A stretch of 64,000 nucleotides of DNA from Nymphaea colorata (taxonomy: Eukaryota). The stretch spans positions 13,516,001 to 13,580,000 of the forward strand of contig NC_045138.2 in the NCBI RefSeq assembly GCF_008831285.2, read 5' to 3'. A program made the translations under genes and the position numbers. Positions within the stretch are counted from its first letter, which is position 1. Each line of letters starts with the position of its first letter. Below are positions 42,201 through 53,557 of the stretch, piece after piece. Under the pieces are notes generated by a model. It searched no databases and was not told where the DNA came from. It saw only the letters and a program-made list of their open reading frames with translations.

Positions 42201-45200
42201 AATAGTTGTGCATCTAGAAACAATTTTGATTGTCAACTCTGGTCAGACCCGTCCCAATTTTAAATTAATCTAGAAGAATGGGGATTGATGTCTAGATGAT
42301 GGTCCAAATTTTATCCATGTACAGATCTGACGTTTTTGTTCTAAACATGGAATAGTTTATGCAAGTTTGAATTGGTTTCTCATTCAATTACCAACCACAT
42401 TTCATGTCAGTGTTGGATCAAAGTTTTGAATAGAAAAAATTCACCCAATCTGAACATATTTTTGCCTAATCCAGACTCATGTACCAATCTGTTTTAGCCC
42501 ATATCCAGCTAATAATCTCCCTGTACTGAAATGACCAGAAGTCCAATCGAATATGGAAATATAAGAAATCTATATTTTGACTGGGGACAGATGGTATTTG
42601 GATGCAGTCCAAGTTGTATTTCTAATTGAATCAACATATGAAAGCTTTAGACCTGATTATGAACCAAAATTTAATTAATTGTTTGGCTCTGCTCTGAAGA
42701 AAAACCAGGCTGTCCAGGTTCCAATCCGATCATAGAATAAAATAACTGAGAACTTGGTTACTGGAAGTGCCACTAAATTCGCCAAAATAAAACAAGGTTG
42801 TGGAGGCATGCATTTTTCTCATTCCAGTTGGGAAAAGGACAAACTGAACAAAATTCACTTCTGCCAGCTGAAAAGCATCAATTGTGATATGCAAAATGAA
42901 ACTAATAAAATGTAGGACAAACAAGCACACCATGAGTCATACCTACGATTAAAGCCAAATTTCTCATATCCACGAGAAAATGCATCCAAGCCCCCCTCAT
43001 TTTGATCAATAAGATGCCTCATTCTCCTATAATGTGAATACCTGCACGGGTAATGCAATTAAGCATGACAAAAGAAAATAAAAATTTATGAAAGAAACAC
43101 AGATGAGAAACCGTTCATTTTCTCAATACCAAGAAAAAGTAATAGGAGATGTAGTTCTCCCAACATGATAGTAACAGTGGATAATCCTTACCTTGAAAGA
43201 GCTATGAAAATCAGAATCATGGTTCTCCTGAAGAACAGTGTATGTATAGAATTTGCCTAATTATTTCAAGCAATTTGCATATTTTACATAAAAACAAGCA
43301 GCCAGATGAGAATATAAATGCAAATAACAGTGAACACGAGAATAAAGAAACAAGTATGAAGTATGTCTTCATGACATAACCATTATATGCTGGAACAGTG
43401 TGATAGTCGTGGGCAAGAAGGATACAAATGTACTACTGCAAGGTTGGGGTTCTTAAAGAAAAGTAGTTAATGAACAAGGGGCTCGGTATAAACTTATAGA
43501 AGGACGGTGACCCTCACTATGATGGGATTAATGAAGGCTTTCCCTCAGAGTTAAGAGGGTTTACCTTAATTTGGATTAGGGTCAGGGTGGGTTGAGTGTG
43601 TTCTTTTACTTTTTCAGAAACATGCATGTGCTTACTATCCAAAATCAGAACAGAAAGTTAAAAATGAGATGCACACAGCTTGGGCTTCAAGATTATAAGG
43701 TAAAGAATATTACCTATAATCAAGATGCGTTCGGTGAGCTTTTAAAAGTGGATCTATTTCATAGATCCTCTGGCCGTTACTACAAGGAGGTATAGACCTG
43801 CGTTCAGTTTTCCAAGCAGCATCATTCTTTGTTGATTGCTCCATATTTTCCTCAATTACCTATAAAAGAGAGAAAAAAACATGGTCAAGATGCTCCCAAA
43901 AATAAGTCTAGGTCTACAAATAACAAGCTCTAATGGGTCAACCAGGTTCATGTAGAGCTTTTAATCACTGAAGTGACATAGAACCATTAATGATATCTCA
44001 CGAAAAGTATGGACTTAAGGGTAGTGGTAGGTCAAATGCATGAGAAGTCTTTCCCTTTAGAGTAATTATGCCAAAATAAAATCAACAGGAGACCAACGAA
44101 GCACAGCCAAATATCCCCACAATTTCCATACGGCAGGTGTGCTTTTTACTTCCAATATGAGCAGGATGAACAAAAAAAAAATACTACACAAAATGTGTGT
44201 AGTTACATTACAGCTTTGATCCATGAAATTCATTGCTCGCAATCAGAAAAAAACAAACAAACAAACAAACAAACTTTCTTGCATATCTAAGATAGAACGA
44301 GTTCTTCTTGCAAAATATTCCATAAACAAATTATTGCAACATGAAGCTACCGCTTAATTGTCTAAATACACTATAGTACAAGACAAAGTAACAATTGACT
44401 AGACAACAATGGTAGCCTTTTTTTGAGCCTAAAATTGCACAATGTTGACATAAATCATAACATAATCAATATATCCAGAACTACATCTTCTAGAAAACGT
44501 GCCTTCACGAGAACAAAGAAAAGAAAAAAGTTACAGCTGTAATTTACTTAACCATTTTAAAATGCAAAAAAAACTGGCTTTTGGTATAAATAATCGTAAA
44601 ATTAGTTTGAATTTGTATATCCATGAAGCATAGAAAAGATACCAAACAGCATATGAAGATCAATTGCTCCAACAGACCTGAACTTTCTCCGTTTGAACTT
44701 GGGGGACATCCTCAGTATCAACTTGGGGTACATCATCAGTGTCAACTTGGGGGACATCCTCATTATCAACTTGGGGGCTCTCCTCAGTAGATGTTGAAAT
44801 GTCACTCTGGATTCCGGGAACAAGAACATTATCTGAAGTATTCATGGTTGAAGCTGTTGACTCTGTATCGTAAGATGAAGTCCTCCTGGAAGATAACCTC
44901 CTTATAGAAGAAACCTGATGGGCTGTTACAATGGAAAGTATTTAACTGCACAATGTTTGAAACTTTGAACTACTACTTAAAAAAGGTAAGGAGGATATGG
45001 CACTTTAAGGCTTAAGGACTGTAGCTTAATTGACAACTACCCTATGTTGTCATCTCTGTTTTATCTCTGGCTTTGCAGCACAAAACCATGCATGTTTTTG
45101 CTTACCTTTGTATTAAACACTCAATAATGTCCACATCCGTCAATGATGAAAGTAAAAAACAACAACATCTAAGGCAACTAGCAAGGAAAAGAACCTCATA

Positions 45201-46124
45201 TTTATATTGTACCTACTACTTACTTTTATGTCCCTATCTTCCCGGTTTTATCATACTTGAATGTACAAAATACCATACAATTTTCTTGTTTGGGTCATTT
45301 TCTTACATGTCATGTTCATGCTACTGGTTGCCGGAGGCTCTTAACGTGTTCAAACGTTTGGGGCATGTCTGACGCAGATGTCTAACGCAGACACAGGAAA
45401 TCCATAAAACAAGCGCTTCGTAAACGGATGCGAGACGTATCTTCGGTCATCGCGAAAAAAGGAAATCCCGCGAAATTAAAAGCATAAGCTGAGGTGTCTC
45501 ATATACATTGTGTCGCTTTTGCCATTCAACTCCATGAAAAACATAATTTAATACACCATGCAACACGCGCAAAATAAGGTGTGGCACAATTCTAACCACA
45601 AAAGGTGACACTTCGTTCCAGACACCGGCTGTACAACAGAGTGAGTCCAGAGTTCAAGAAGGAGAGAGAAGAAAAGAGAACAAAGAAAGAGCAACATCTT
45701 GACGTTTACGAGACCTTTGAACTAGAAGATCGCGCTGCGAAGACTTGAAGGCGCACTAAAACATTCGAAAAAAGAACTCCGGACAACGTGAAAAATAACA
45801 CGCTACACTGCTCCCCGGTGTCGCCAAAAAACTCGAGATCGGCTATCCAAACCGGAAAACTCAAAGAAATCGAACATTGTGTCATACTTCAAAGATCAAG
45901 AAAGTCATCCAAACAAATGCAATAAGCTGTCTCCACTTTTATCCTTTCATGAACGAAAGACCAGAACGAAGAAGTAAGGAAGGGAGGGAAAGAAACTCAC
46001 GCGCAGGGTGCTTCTGAAAGCAAAGATAACGAAGAGAAGGCGTCCTTCTCTCGCCGCCCGGTCTCGACCCGAAGCCCTCGCCCACACCGAGAGGCACGCG
46101 CATGCCCGCAAGCGTCCACGCCAT
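27264..46124 (-). CDS. SBE2: Starch branching enzyme II (1,4-alpha-glucan branching enzyme, GH13), plastidial; 22 exons: 46001-46124, 44678-44922, 43714-43859, 42943-43041, 40888-40930, 38795-38854, 38243-38323, 37282-37398, 37120-37203, 35738-35859, 35137-35256, 33308-33437, 33097-33207, 32118-32246, 31558-31664, 30808-30952, 30083-30230, 29906-30006, 29373-29450, 28464-28619, 27462-27536, 27264-27350
   Basis: Motifs [71 protein letters not shown] and [18 protein letters not shown]. The 22-exon layout is typical of SBEII. All introns are GT-AG with consistent phases. Transit-peptide-like N-terminus; stop TGA at 27264-66. Confidence 0.96.
32815..32934. mobile_element. hAT-type MITE in SBE2 intron 13
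   Basis: TIRs TAGGGTTGTAAA and (reverse-complemented) TAGGATTTTAAA. 8-bp TSD GCCATAAT / GCTATAAT. Confidence 0.7.
35998..36266. mobile_element. Solo LTR (269 bp) in SBE2 intron 9
   Basis: Starts TGTAACGCTC and ends GAGTGGTTATA (terminal CA mutated to TA). Perfect 5-bp TSD AGTAA at 35993-97 and 36267-71. Confidence 0.7.
37981..38061. mobile_element. Very short hAT-type MITE in SBE2 intron 7
   Basis: TIRs CAGGGGCGGAG and (reverse-complemented) CAGAGGTGAAG. 8-bp TSD CTCAAGTG / CCCGAGTG with two mismatches. Confidence 0.6.
40284..40383. repeat. Perfect 2 x 50 bp tandem duplication in SBE2 intron 5
   Basis: CTTTTTCACTTTTATGCTCAATATAAGATCTTTTACTGCCCCAACTAAAA occurs twice; the paralogous site at ~53640-53690 has one copy. 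Confidence 0.9.
44694..44790 (-). repeat. 24-bp coding minisatellite in SBE2 exon 2 (EDVPQVD-like, about 4 units)
   Basis: Translates as [31 protein letters not shown]. Confidence 0.9.
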
Positions 46125-46424
46125 CGCCGATCCCAGCAGATAAAACAAGAAAGCAGGATAAATGAACCAGAAACAAAATCGAAGAAACTCTTCCGGGAGG
46201 GGAAGCCGTAAAGCGGGAGGGAATGAGAAGTTGAGGAAATTCCCGGAAATTGCGTGAATATCATAAAAACAGGAGGAGGAAAGAGACTCTTCTCGAGGAG
46301 CGTCGCCTCGTCCGCTTCTGCAGGATCGGCTCCCTCTCGCCCTCCCTCTCTCTCTCTCGGCTACGTTAAAACGTTAAGGGGGGAAACCGCACCGAGGAGA
46401 AGCCAGACGTTTGCGGGACCCAGC

Positions 46425-46733
46425 TGGGCCCACCACCACCTCCGGAGCTTTACAAACCGCTGCCACTTTCTTCTAAAACTTTTTCCAATTGCGGCACACT
46501 CGGAAGAGGAAGAAAGGACACGAAGGCTTTTCGCCATACATCGGCTTGTATTGAACGCAAATATTAAGAAAATTACCCGCTTACCAGTAGGACATTGGTG
46601 TAAATGGCTTTGATCTGTGAGGGCTCCAGCGGGAAACGGGTTCTTTCAGTTTCTTATAAATTTTTTTGGGGGGGGGGGATGAAAAAGCTTTCGGTCTTTT
46701 TGGGTTGCTTGCGTGGCAGCTGGAGGCCACGTG
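46425..46733 (-). promoter_or_regulatory. Candidate SBE2 upstream elements: site-II-like TGGGCCCA (46425-46432) and G-box CACGTG (46728-46733)
   Basis: Motif matches 300-600 bp upstream of the ATG in a GC-richer island. The motifs are short and function is unproven. Confidence 0.3.
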
Positions 46734-48437
46734 TTCGGATGAAGAACGGGTGGCCTCCGTGACGGGGGATTGGTTCGGGAATTCCCGTAAGCCCTCTCGC
46801 TTCAACAAAATATCTCTAATGCCACCGGACCCGGATTCCAAGTAATTTTCATTTTCCCGTGTCTATTAAACGGGGTTTACCCTTTTACTTGTGTTACGTT
46901 TTAAGTTTACAAATCACTTGAATCAACTTTAATAAAAAAACATGTTTATTGACGATAAGTAACATTCATTTAACATTTTCCTAAGCAATATACTATACTT
47001 CGATGCTGCTGCACAAAATAGTCCTCGTTCTTGACCGACGGTACATGGCATATATAAAATATTTAAAATACCACGGCCCCACTGGCCTAGGTCCTACATT
47101 TCAAGCTACGTCTTCACCCTCATGTATGTCTTCTTTGCACTCGACCATGTCTCACTCAACTAGACGGGAAAGGAGAGTTCAATTCTTGTCTAAATTGTAA
47201 AGTGGATCGCCCGGCAACACTCTTTGGCAACCTCTTTGGTTATCAATTTCTATTCGGTCTCAAAAACCACCATCATTTCAAAAATTCAAACTAATAACGC
47301 AACTTCACCACTGCTGCCTAATTAAAATATGAGGGGCCGAATCGGAACGGGGGCGTTCGGATTGGATATGACCTGAAGCAACATCCCGCTCAAGGAAGTG
47401 GCAGATGGCGACTCTCCCCCACCATCACCATGGAAAAGGATGCGAATATGCTGCTTTCTCATAAGTAGTAAGCAGGAGGAGTATAGTATAGGGTGTCCGG
47501 TTTTGGACGCAGCAATAAAAGACGTCCGCCTTTTCGAGGGAGGGGGCCCGGACCGGACCAACCTCTGCCCAGATATTTTTAATATAACTAACGGGGGACC
47601 CGCTCTTTTTGGACTCTCTTGAATGCCGAACCCGTTTTCTTCTAAAACTGGGGAAAGCCAGTACCCCCGCCCGCAAATGACCGCTACAAAAAAATCGAGC
47701 GGGCCCCACAGGTCACAGGCTCCGGCTCCACTTTACTCACGTCTTTCATGGGCCCCATCGGTGGGCCCACATTCGCCTCGCACTCGCACACCGACCGTCC
47801 GTTCAAACCCACTGCGGACCCCACCCCACGTGCATGTCCAGCAAAGCAGAGTCATCCCCCCCCCCCCATTTTTACGCTCTTTTGACGAATTCATTTCTAC
47901 TATTGCATGACGATACTTTTCTGTCCACAGGTTCAAATAATGTTACGAAATTTTATCAAGTTTAAGTTGTTCTGATCGTTTGCAAGGTGTTATGCATATG
48001 TTTAATTTTTTTTTGAAAACCAAAATGGGATTGTTATTAGTATTTGCCTTGTTAAATAGTGGCCAGTTTCACGCATACCACCAATAAATAAAATAAATGG
48101 ATTGAACGATTCATAATCGATAAGCACCTTGGATGTCGTGTTAACTCTTGATCTTTTAAAACATGTTTCTGGAGCTCATTGTTGGATCTGTTCCGGTTAT
48201 GACCGTGGTGTCGTCAATATCTGCTTGCTTTTAACAAAGTATTAGTGAGGCAACATCAGTCACTCTCACGATCATATATACTTGGAGAAGGAACAGAATA
48301 AGTCGATCGAAAACAAAATGGGAAAGTAAGGAACAGAACAGAAGATGAAGCAGAGGTTGCAATAACTTTGTCGTTACATACATAGAGAGAATGGGAGAAA
48401 TTTTTTTACATCGTATCGTCCTCCATATTTGCCTCTC

Positions 48438-51400
48438 TCACCTTTTCTGAAAGTTAAGATGCCTGATGGCAAAGGCAAAGATGCCAAGGAAGAGGACAAC
48501 GAAGGCTACATGAACCCCAGCGACCGCACCCAAGAAGCTCTCTTTGTAGCCCAATGAATCGTTCAGGAACTGCTTGACTGTGGTGGTGCCCTGTCCTGGA
48601 ACCGCGATTGGACTGACCAGGTCCCCCACCTGAGAGGTGATAAGCCCATAGAGGGTCCACGCGACGGGGGAAAGCCAGTAGTACCATCTCCACCAAATTG
48701 GAATAAGCTGCCAAAGCACAAGAACAGGAGTCAAGCCTCTGCAGAAGACATCAAGTTTTGGTATTTCTAGTCATTTTGTTTCTCAAGGGAACAACTCTTT
48801 TGTAAACCCTTTGCCATTGGAATGAAGAACGAAAGCACTTACTGGTCGAGCAATGAGAAAGCCGGAGAAGAGATTCCAAAAGTTGAGGAAGAATGAGTTG
48901 ACAATGGCGCCTACGTGGTGGTTAGGGGTGAGAGCCACACCCATCATTCCGTAGATGGTGAAGTACACAAAGCACATGAACATGAAATAGATGAACCAAA
49001 ACAACTTGCCAGTTTCCCAAGGGAAGCCAATCATGGAAAACAAAATCAAGCAGTAAACAACTGATTGTACAAAAATATAGATGACCACCTGCAAAAGAGC
49101 ACAATGAAGAGAGTAAACATTAGTTTAGGTCTTAAGGATTGTTCAAAGAAAATGGACAATTTTACTAAAAAAAATTGCAGAACGACGGTTGCCCTCAACA
49201 AAATGCGAGTTGAAATAAATGACGGGAAGAACGGAGGTATTGCCTCAACAAAAACAAAATTACAAACAAAATGGAGGTAATAGACCATCATTCTTGCCCA
49301 AATGCTTTTCATTTAGATATTCTTGGCTCCTATATCAGGGCATATTATAAAAGGATGCTGCAGACTACACATTAATTCTTTAATAATGCTTAAGTAAACA
49401 AAAGCTACAAGCAAATTGCCGTACCTGGCCAACGGCATAAGCCAATGCAGAACACATCCCTGCTGCCTTTTTACGATACATAACTGACCGCTCAACACCT
49501 ACGACAGGTTGAACTGTTATTGAATTGCTTGCACCAAGGAAGAAAACTGCTGAATACATTGCCCCAAGGATATTCAATAGCTCTTGCTGGGTTGATCTGT
49601 TATCAAGAAAAAAAGAAGAAGAAGAAGAATTCAGCCTTTGTGCTTCAAACATAACCGACCTTTGCATAATAGACGTGCAATTTGGATTTCGTTTTACATG
49701 TCAAGCACACAAAAACCATACTTAAGCAGTTCTCTATTATCTGTTCAACATCACGGCACCAAGAGCTACGAGAGGCTTTTTTAGCAACTTTTTCTTGGAA
49801 ATCGTGCCAAATGGATGAATAAATTTGAAATCACCTGTATTTAATCTGGAAACTGAGGAATATTTAATTGATAACCATAAGTTTGTGAGAGTGATGACCA
49901 AGAGACCCAGCATAAATTACTTGTCCACCTCTCTTCATCAACAGAAGCTGTAAGCAAGAAGTGAAGTCATGATGGGCAAGGAAAAAGTTTGGACTAGTAT
50001 AAAAATCAGTAAACATTATTACGAGCTCACCTCATCAAAAGCTTCAAAAATATCAATGCTGGGTTGATGGATGGTACACACGACAGTTCTCCCTGTATCA
50101 ACTGTGTTCCTTACTGTCCTCATAACAATGACAGCAGCTCTGGCATCTAAACCAGATGTGGGTTCGTCCATGAAGATGATTGAGGGATTAGCAACCAACT
50201 CCACAGTTATAGTTAAACGCTTCCTTTGCTCCGTTGAGAGACCATCCACTCCAGGGAGGCCCACTAGAGCATCCCTTATTGGGTTCAATTCAACTAGCTC
50301 CATAACTTCTTCAATAAACATTTACAAGTAGAGAAACATTAAGACATCAAAACATAAATGGTGAAGAAATTAATAGTAATTTGACCGAGTTCTCATATAA
50401 AAAAGTTACCTTTCGTGTATCTGCCTTTACATCGTGAGAAAGGCGCAACCACGCAGAGTAGACCAAAGACTCATAAACTGTAACATTGGGTGAATATATG
50501 TCATTCTGTTCACAATAACCGCTAACTCTTGCAAAAGTGTCCTGCTTCTTTGGATAGCCAGAAATTTTTATGCTTCCCTCTATATATCCTCCTGTCTTTC
50601 TCCCTGCTAAGACATCCATTAAAGTGGTCTTTCCAGCACCACTTACACCCATCAAAGTGGTGAGAATTCCAGGTCTAAAAGAACCACTAACATCACGCAG
50701 CAATTGAAGCCGATTTTCTTCAACTCCTTGACTTTTCATTTCCTGGTGAAAAAGTAAGGTCATTAAAAAGGGCAACATGACATATAATGTTTGACGTGAA
50801 CTCTAGTTGATTCAAGAAACCATGATCAATAAAATGGTCCTAAACTAACTTTGAGGTCGTCTTAGGCTAGATACACTTGATGCGACTAATTCCTCCCTCG
50901 GTGGATGTGCATGTATGGATGGTAGAGAAGAGACCAAGAAAAGTAAAGAGTACAGTGGACATTAAATCTATGCAAGTGCATGAAAGGCATGCTCGGTATG
51001 AGCTGACCAATGGACATGCATAATCACAACTTAGATATAGTCAAACTTGGAAGTGATCAAGTTGGTCCACATCTTTAGGATAGAACTAGCATTTGGAGAA
51101 CCAAGGTTCAAAATGTCATTAAGCAGTGGAAAAGGGGAAAAGCTGCAAAATGCATGCTTCGAAATCCCTTAATGAATAAGGTAAAACATTGCTATCACAT
51201 TGTTCTTCTTAGAAGTTATTTTGATTGCGGATGATTTCTAATTTTAGGTGTATGATTTTTTTTTGGTTGCCACAATTGATGTCATTGGGGCAAAACTAAA
51301 ATTGGGAAGTGCATGAAAGTTTTCTTATAACAAAAGAACAATATCAACTTTTAGTGTACGTTTGGATGTTAGAAAATTGAAATTGCTGCCAAGAAAAGGG

Positions 51401-52725
51401 GATTCCAAGAATCAAGAGACTTACTGCAGGCATGTCCACATAGTACTTCACATGATCAAATACCAAAGAAAGTGGTTGGAAAGGTAAAACCTTTCCTTTC
51501 CTTGGAGCCATTGTTTCTGATCCTCGACTTCCATTGTGATTTCTGATTGACATGTCAATTCCTGGACAAAAAGAATGAAGAGACAGATTCGCCCACGAAA
51601 ATAAGTTAGTACCTTAAACTTTCAAGAAGTTTAAAAAAAAAAAAAAAAGCTAGCAAAGCAAGAACTGTTGGAAAAAGTTTAACCTTCAGCAATTGTATTG
51701 GGAGATTGTGCAACAAAATTTGGTTGCCCTGACTTTTGTTTTCTGAGGGAACTTGACTTCTTTTTCATCCTCGTCAGAAAGTACTGATTGAGCACTTACA
51801 ATAGCTGCATATAACAAATCCCGTAAGGTGGGACATGGTACTTAGTTTTAGAATGCAAGGATTTGTATAGAAATGTGTACTTACGGTTCAAATATTTGAG
51901 AGCAAGGACAAAGCATGCATTGAACAGAAGTGAGAACCCAATGAGGGCCCCAATGCATATCCAATACCAGTACTCTTCCAAAACATGCCTCTAGATTTAA
52001 GAATGGCCTTCCCAGTTGTAGAAGCATCAATGGTCGCATCTGTGTTGGGCTGCAATAATAATGCAAATTACATCAACTTATAAAACTTAAGTTACCAACT
52101 CTTGAAATTGTATTTGATAACTGAGAAGAAAGAAGAAATATACATTGGATGTTGTCTAGGAAAATAGATGGACTAGTTAACAACGCCAAAACCCTAATTC
52201 CAGTTTGAGTGGAAGTGGATTCCTTAATCTACGCATATCACCACCATAGAAGAAGAGAAAAAGGGTAAGCCAGTTTTACCTTGCTCCATCTCTTATCAAG
52301 AAATTCATTGACGGCTATGGCATTTTGTCCATACATCATAGGTGATATCCAGTATCCCCATATCCACCATGGCTTGATGTCATCTGAAGCACAAAAAACA
52401 CACAAGCACAACCTTAGCACGTCGTGCCCTAACAATAGGTTGGATGATACTCTAATAGAAGCTCGGAGCATGCCCTTTCTTTCTAACAAGTCATCAAAAT
52501 TTTTGAGTGATTCTTTCGATCAAAAAGTTACACGGCATGCAAAAGAAGGATATGAACTACTAACCTTTAGAGTTCACAAAACCAGAAAGTGAAAAAACCA
52601 CAAGCATTGCAAAGGTTCCGATTGTGTTGGCAATAACCATTGTCCTCCCCACAGCTGCAACGAACCGAAATAGATAAAGTGCCATCTGATGGAAACATAG
52701 ATATGCAAGGAATTGCCGGAAAGAC
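48438..52725 (-). pseudogene. 5'-truncated, decayed duplicate of the adjacent ABCG/PDR transporter
   Basis: Paralogous to 57252-62665 and lacks everything upstream of the exon ending at 52725. It has a 1-nt deletion near 51979, a short deletion near 51760, an acceptor AG changed to AA next to 50321, a ~1.1-kb deletion at ~49880 removing two exons and part of a third, and a 9-bp deletion (EII) near 49085. Confidence 0.93.
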
Positions 52726-52742
52726 CTAATAGAACAATTGGC

Positions 52743-53557
52743 TTAAGATATGGGATACCTTAAAAGAGTTGTATGGAGAACAAAATAATATGGCTCATAT
52801 TTACGAAATTCAAATAGAAATTTCTAAGCTTACTATGGGAGATAAGCCTATTTAACTTTATCTTGGTCAGTTACGAAGTCTCTATGATGAACTTTTACAA
52901 TACCGACCAGCCACTTCAGATCCCGATGTTTATAAACATAGATTTGAAGAAGATAAGATCTTCAAAGTTCTTGTTGGTCTAGCTGATGATTACGAAGCTG
53001 TCCGAGGTCAGATTTTGATGACGTCTCCTCTTCCAACATTTAACAATGTATGCCAGACCATACAAAGAGAGGTAGCTCGTTGAAAAGTCATGAACGTGTC
53101 TTCAAAAATTAATAGTGAAGAAAGTCTTGAGAAAATGGCGTGTTATGTTAACAATAAAAAGGGAGATTCCAAACTATCCAATGATAGCAACAATGGCGAG
53201 AGAATCCGAAGCAAATTCAAATGCAATGACTGCAAGAAGATTGGACACACACGTGATAGATGTTGGGAGTTAATTGGTCGTCCAACCAAAGAGAAATCAT
53301 CATCCAAGCAATCATATCTCGCCAACTTTGTGACCAAGGAAGATATTGAAAAATTCTTTCAAAAATTTTCAAAGACGAATCTTGTTTCATCTCAACCAGT
53401 AGAATCTGAAGGTAAGAATCATGCTCTTATTTCTGTTTCTGCGGATTGTTGACTCTGGGGCCACCGATCGCATGACTAGAATTTTTTTTAAGATTACTAG
53501 TTTAGACAAAGAACAAAAACAGCATGTCTTTACTGTAGATGGGTCACCTATAGCACT
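52743..53557 (+). mobile_element. Ty1/copia gag-protease fragment (no LTRs), degenerate
   Basis: KIWDTLKELYGEQNNMAHIYEI..KVLVGLADDYEAVRGQILMTSPLPTFNNVCQTIQRE (gag, two in-frame stops), zinc knuckle CNDCKKIGHTRDRC (CX2CX4HX4C), and frameshifted protease motif IVDSGATDRMT. Confidence 0.9.

Larger units (their letters stand above)
40203..52742. repeat. Left copy of a tandem segmental duplication (paralogous to 53558-62682)
   Basis: 40203-42935 aligns to 53558-55847; 47373-52742 aligns to ~55845-62682 with indels. Confidence 0.93.

Noticed and set aside
43429..43602. Possible LTR or Cassandra/5S-like remnant in SBE2 intron 3
   Set aside because: Only AGAGTTAAG resembles 5S sequence; no termini or TSD found.
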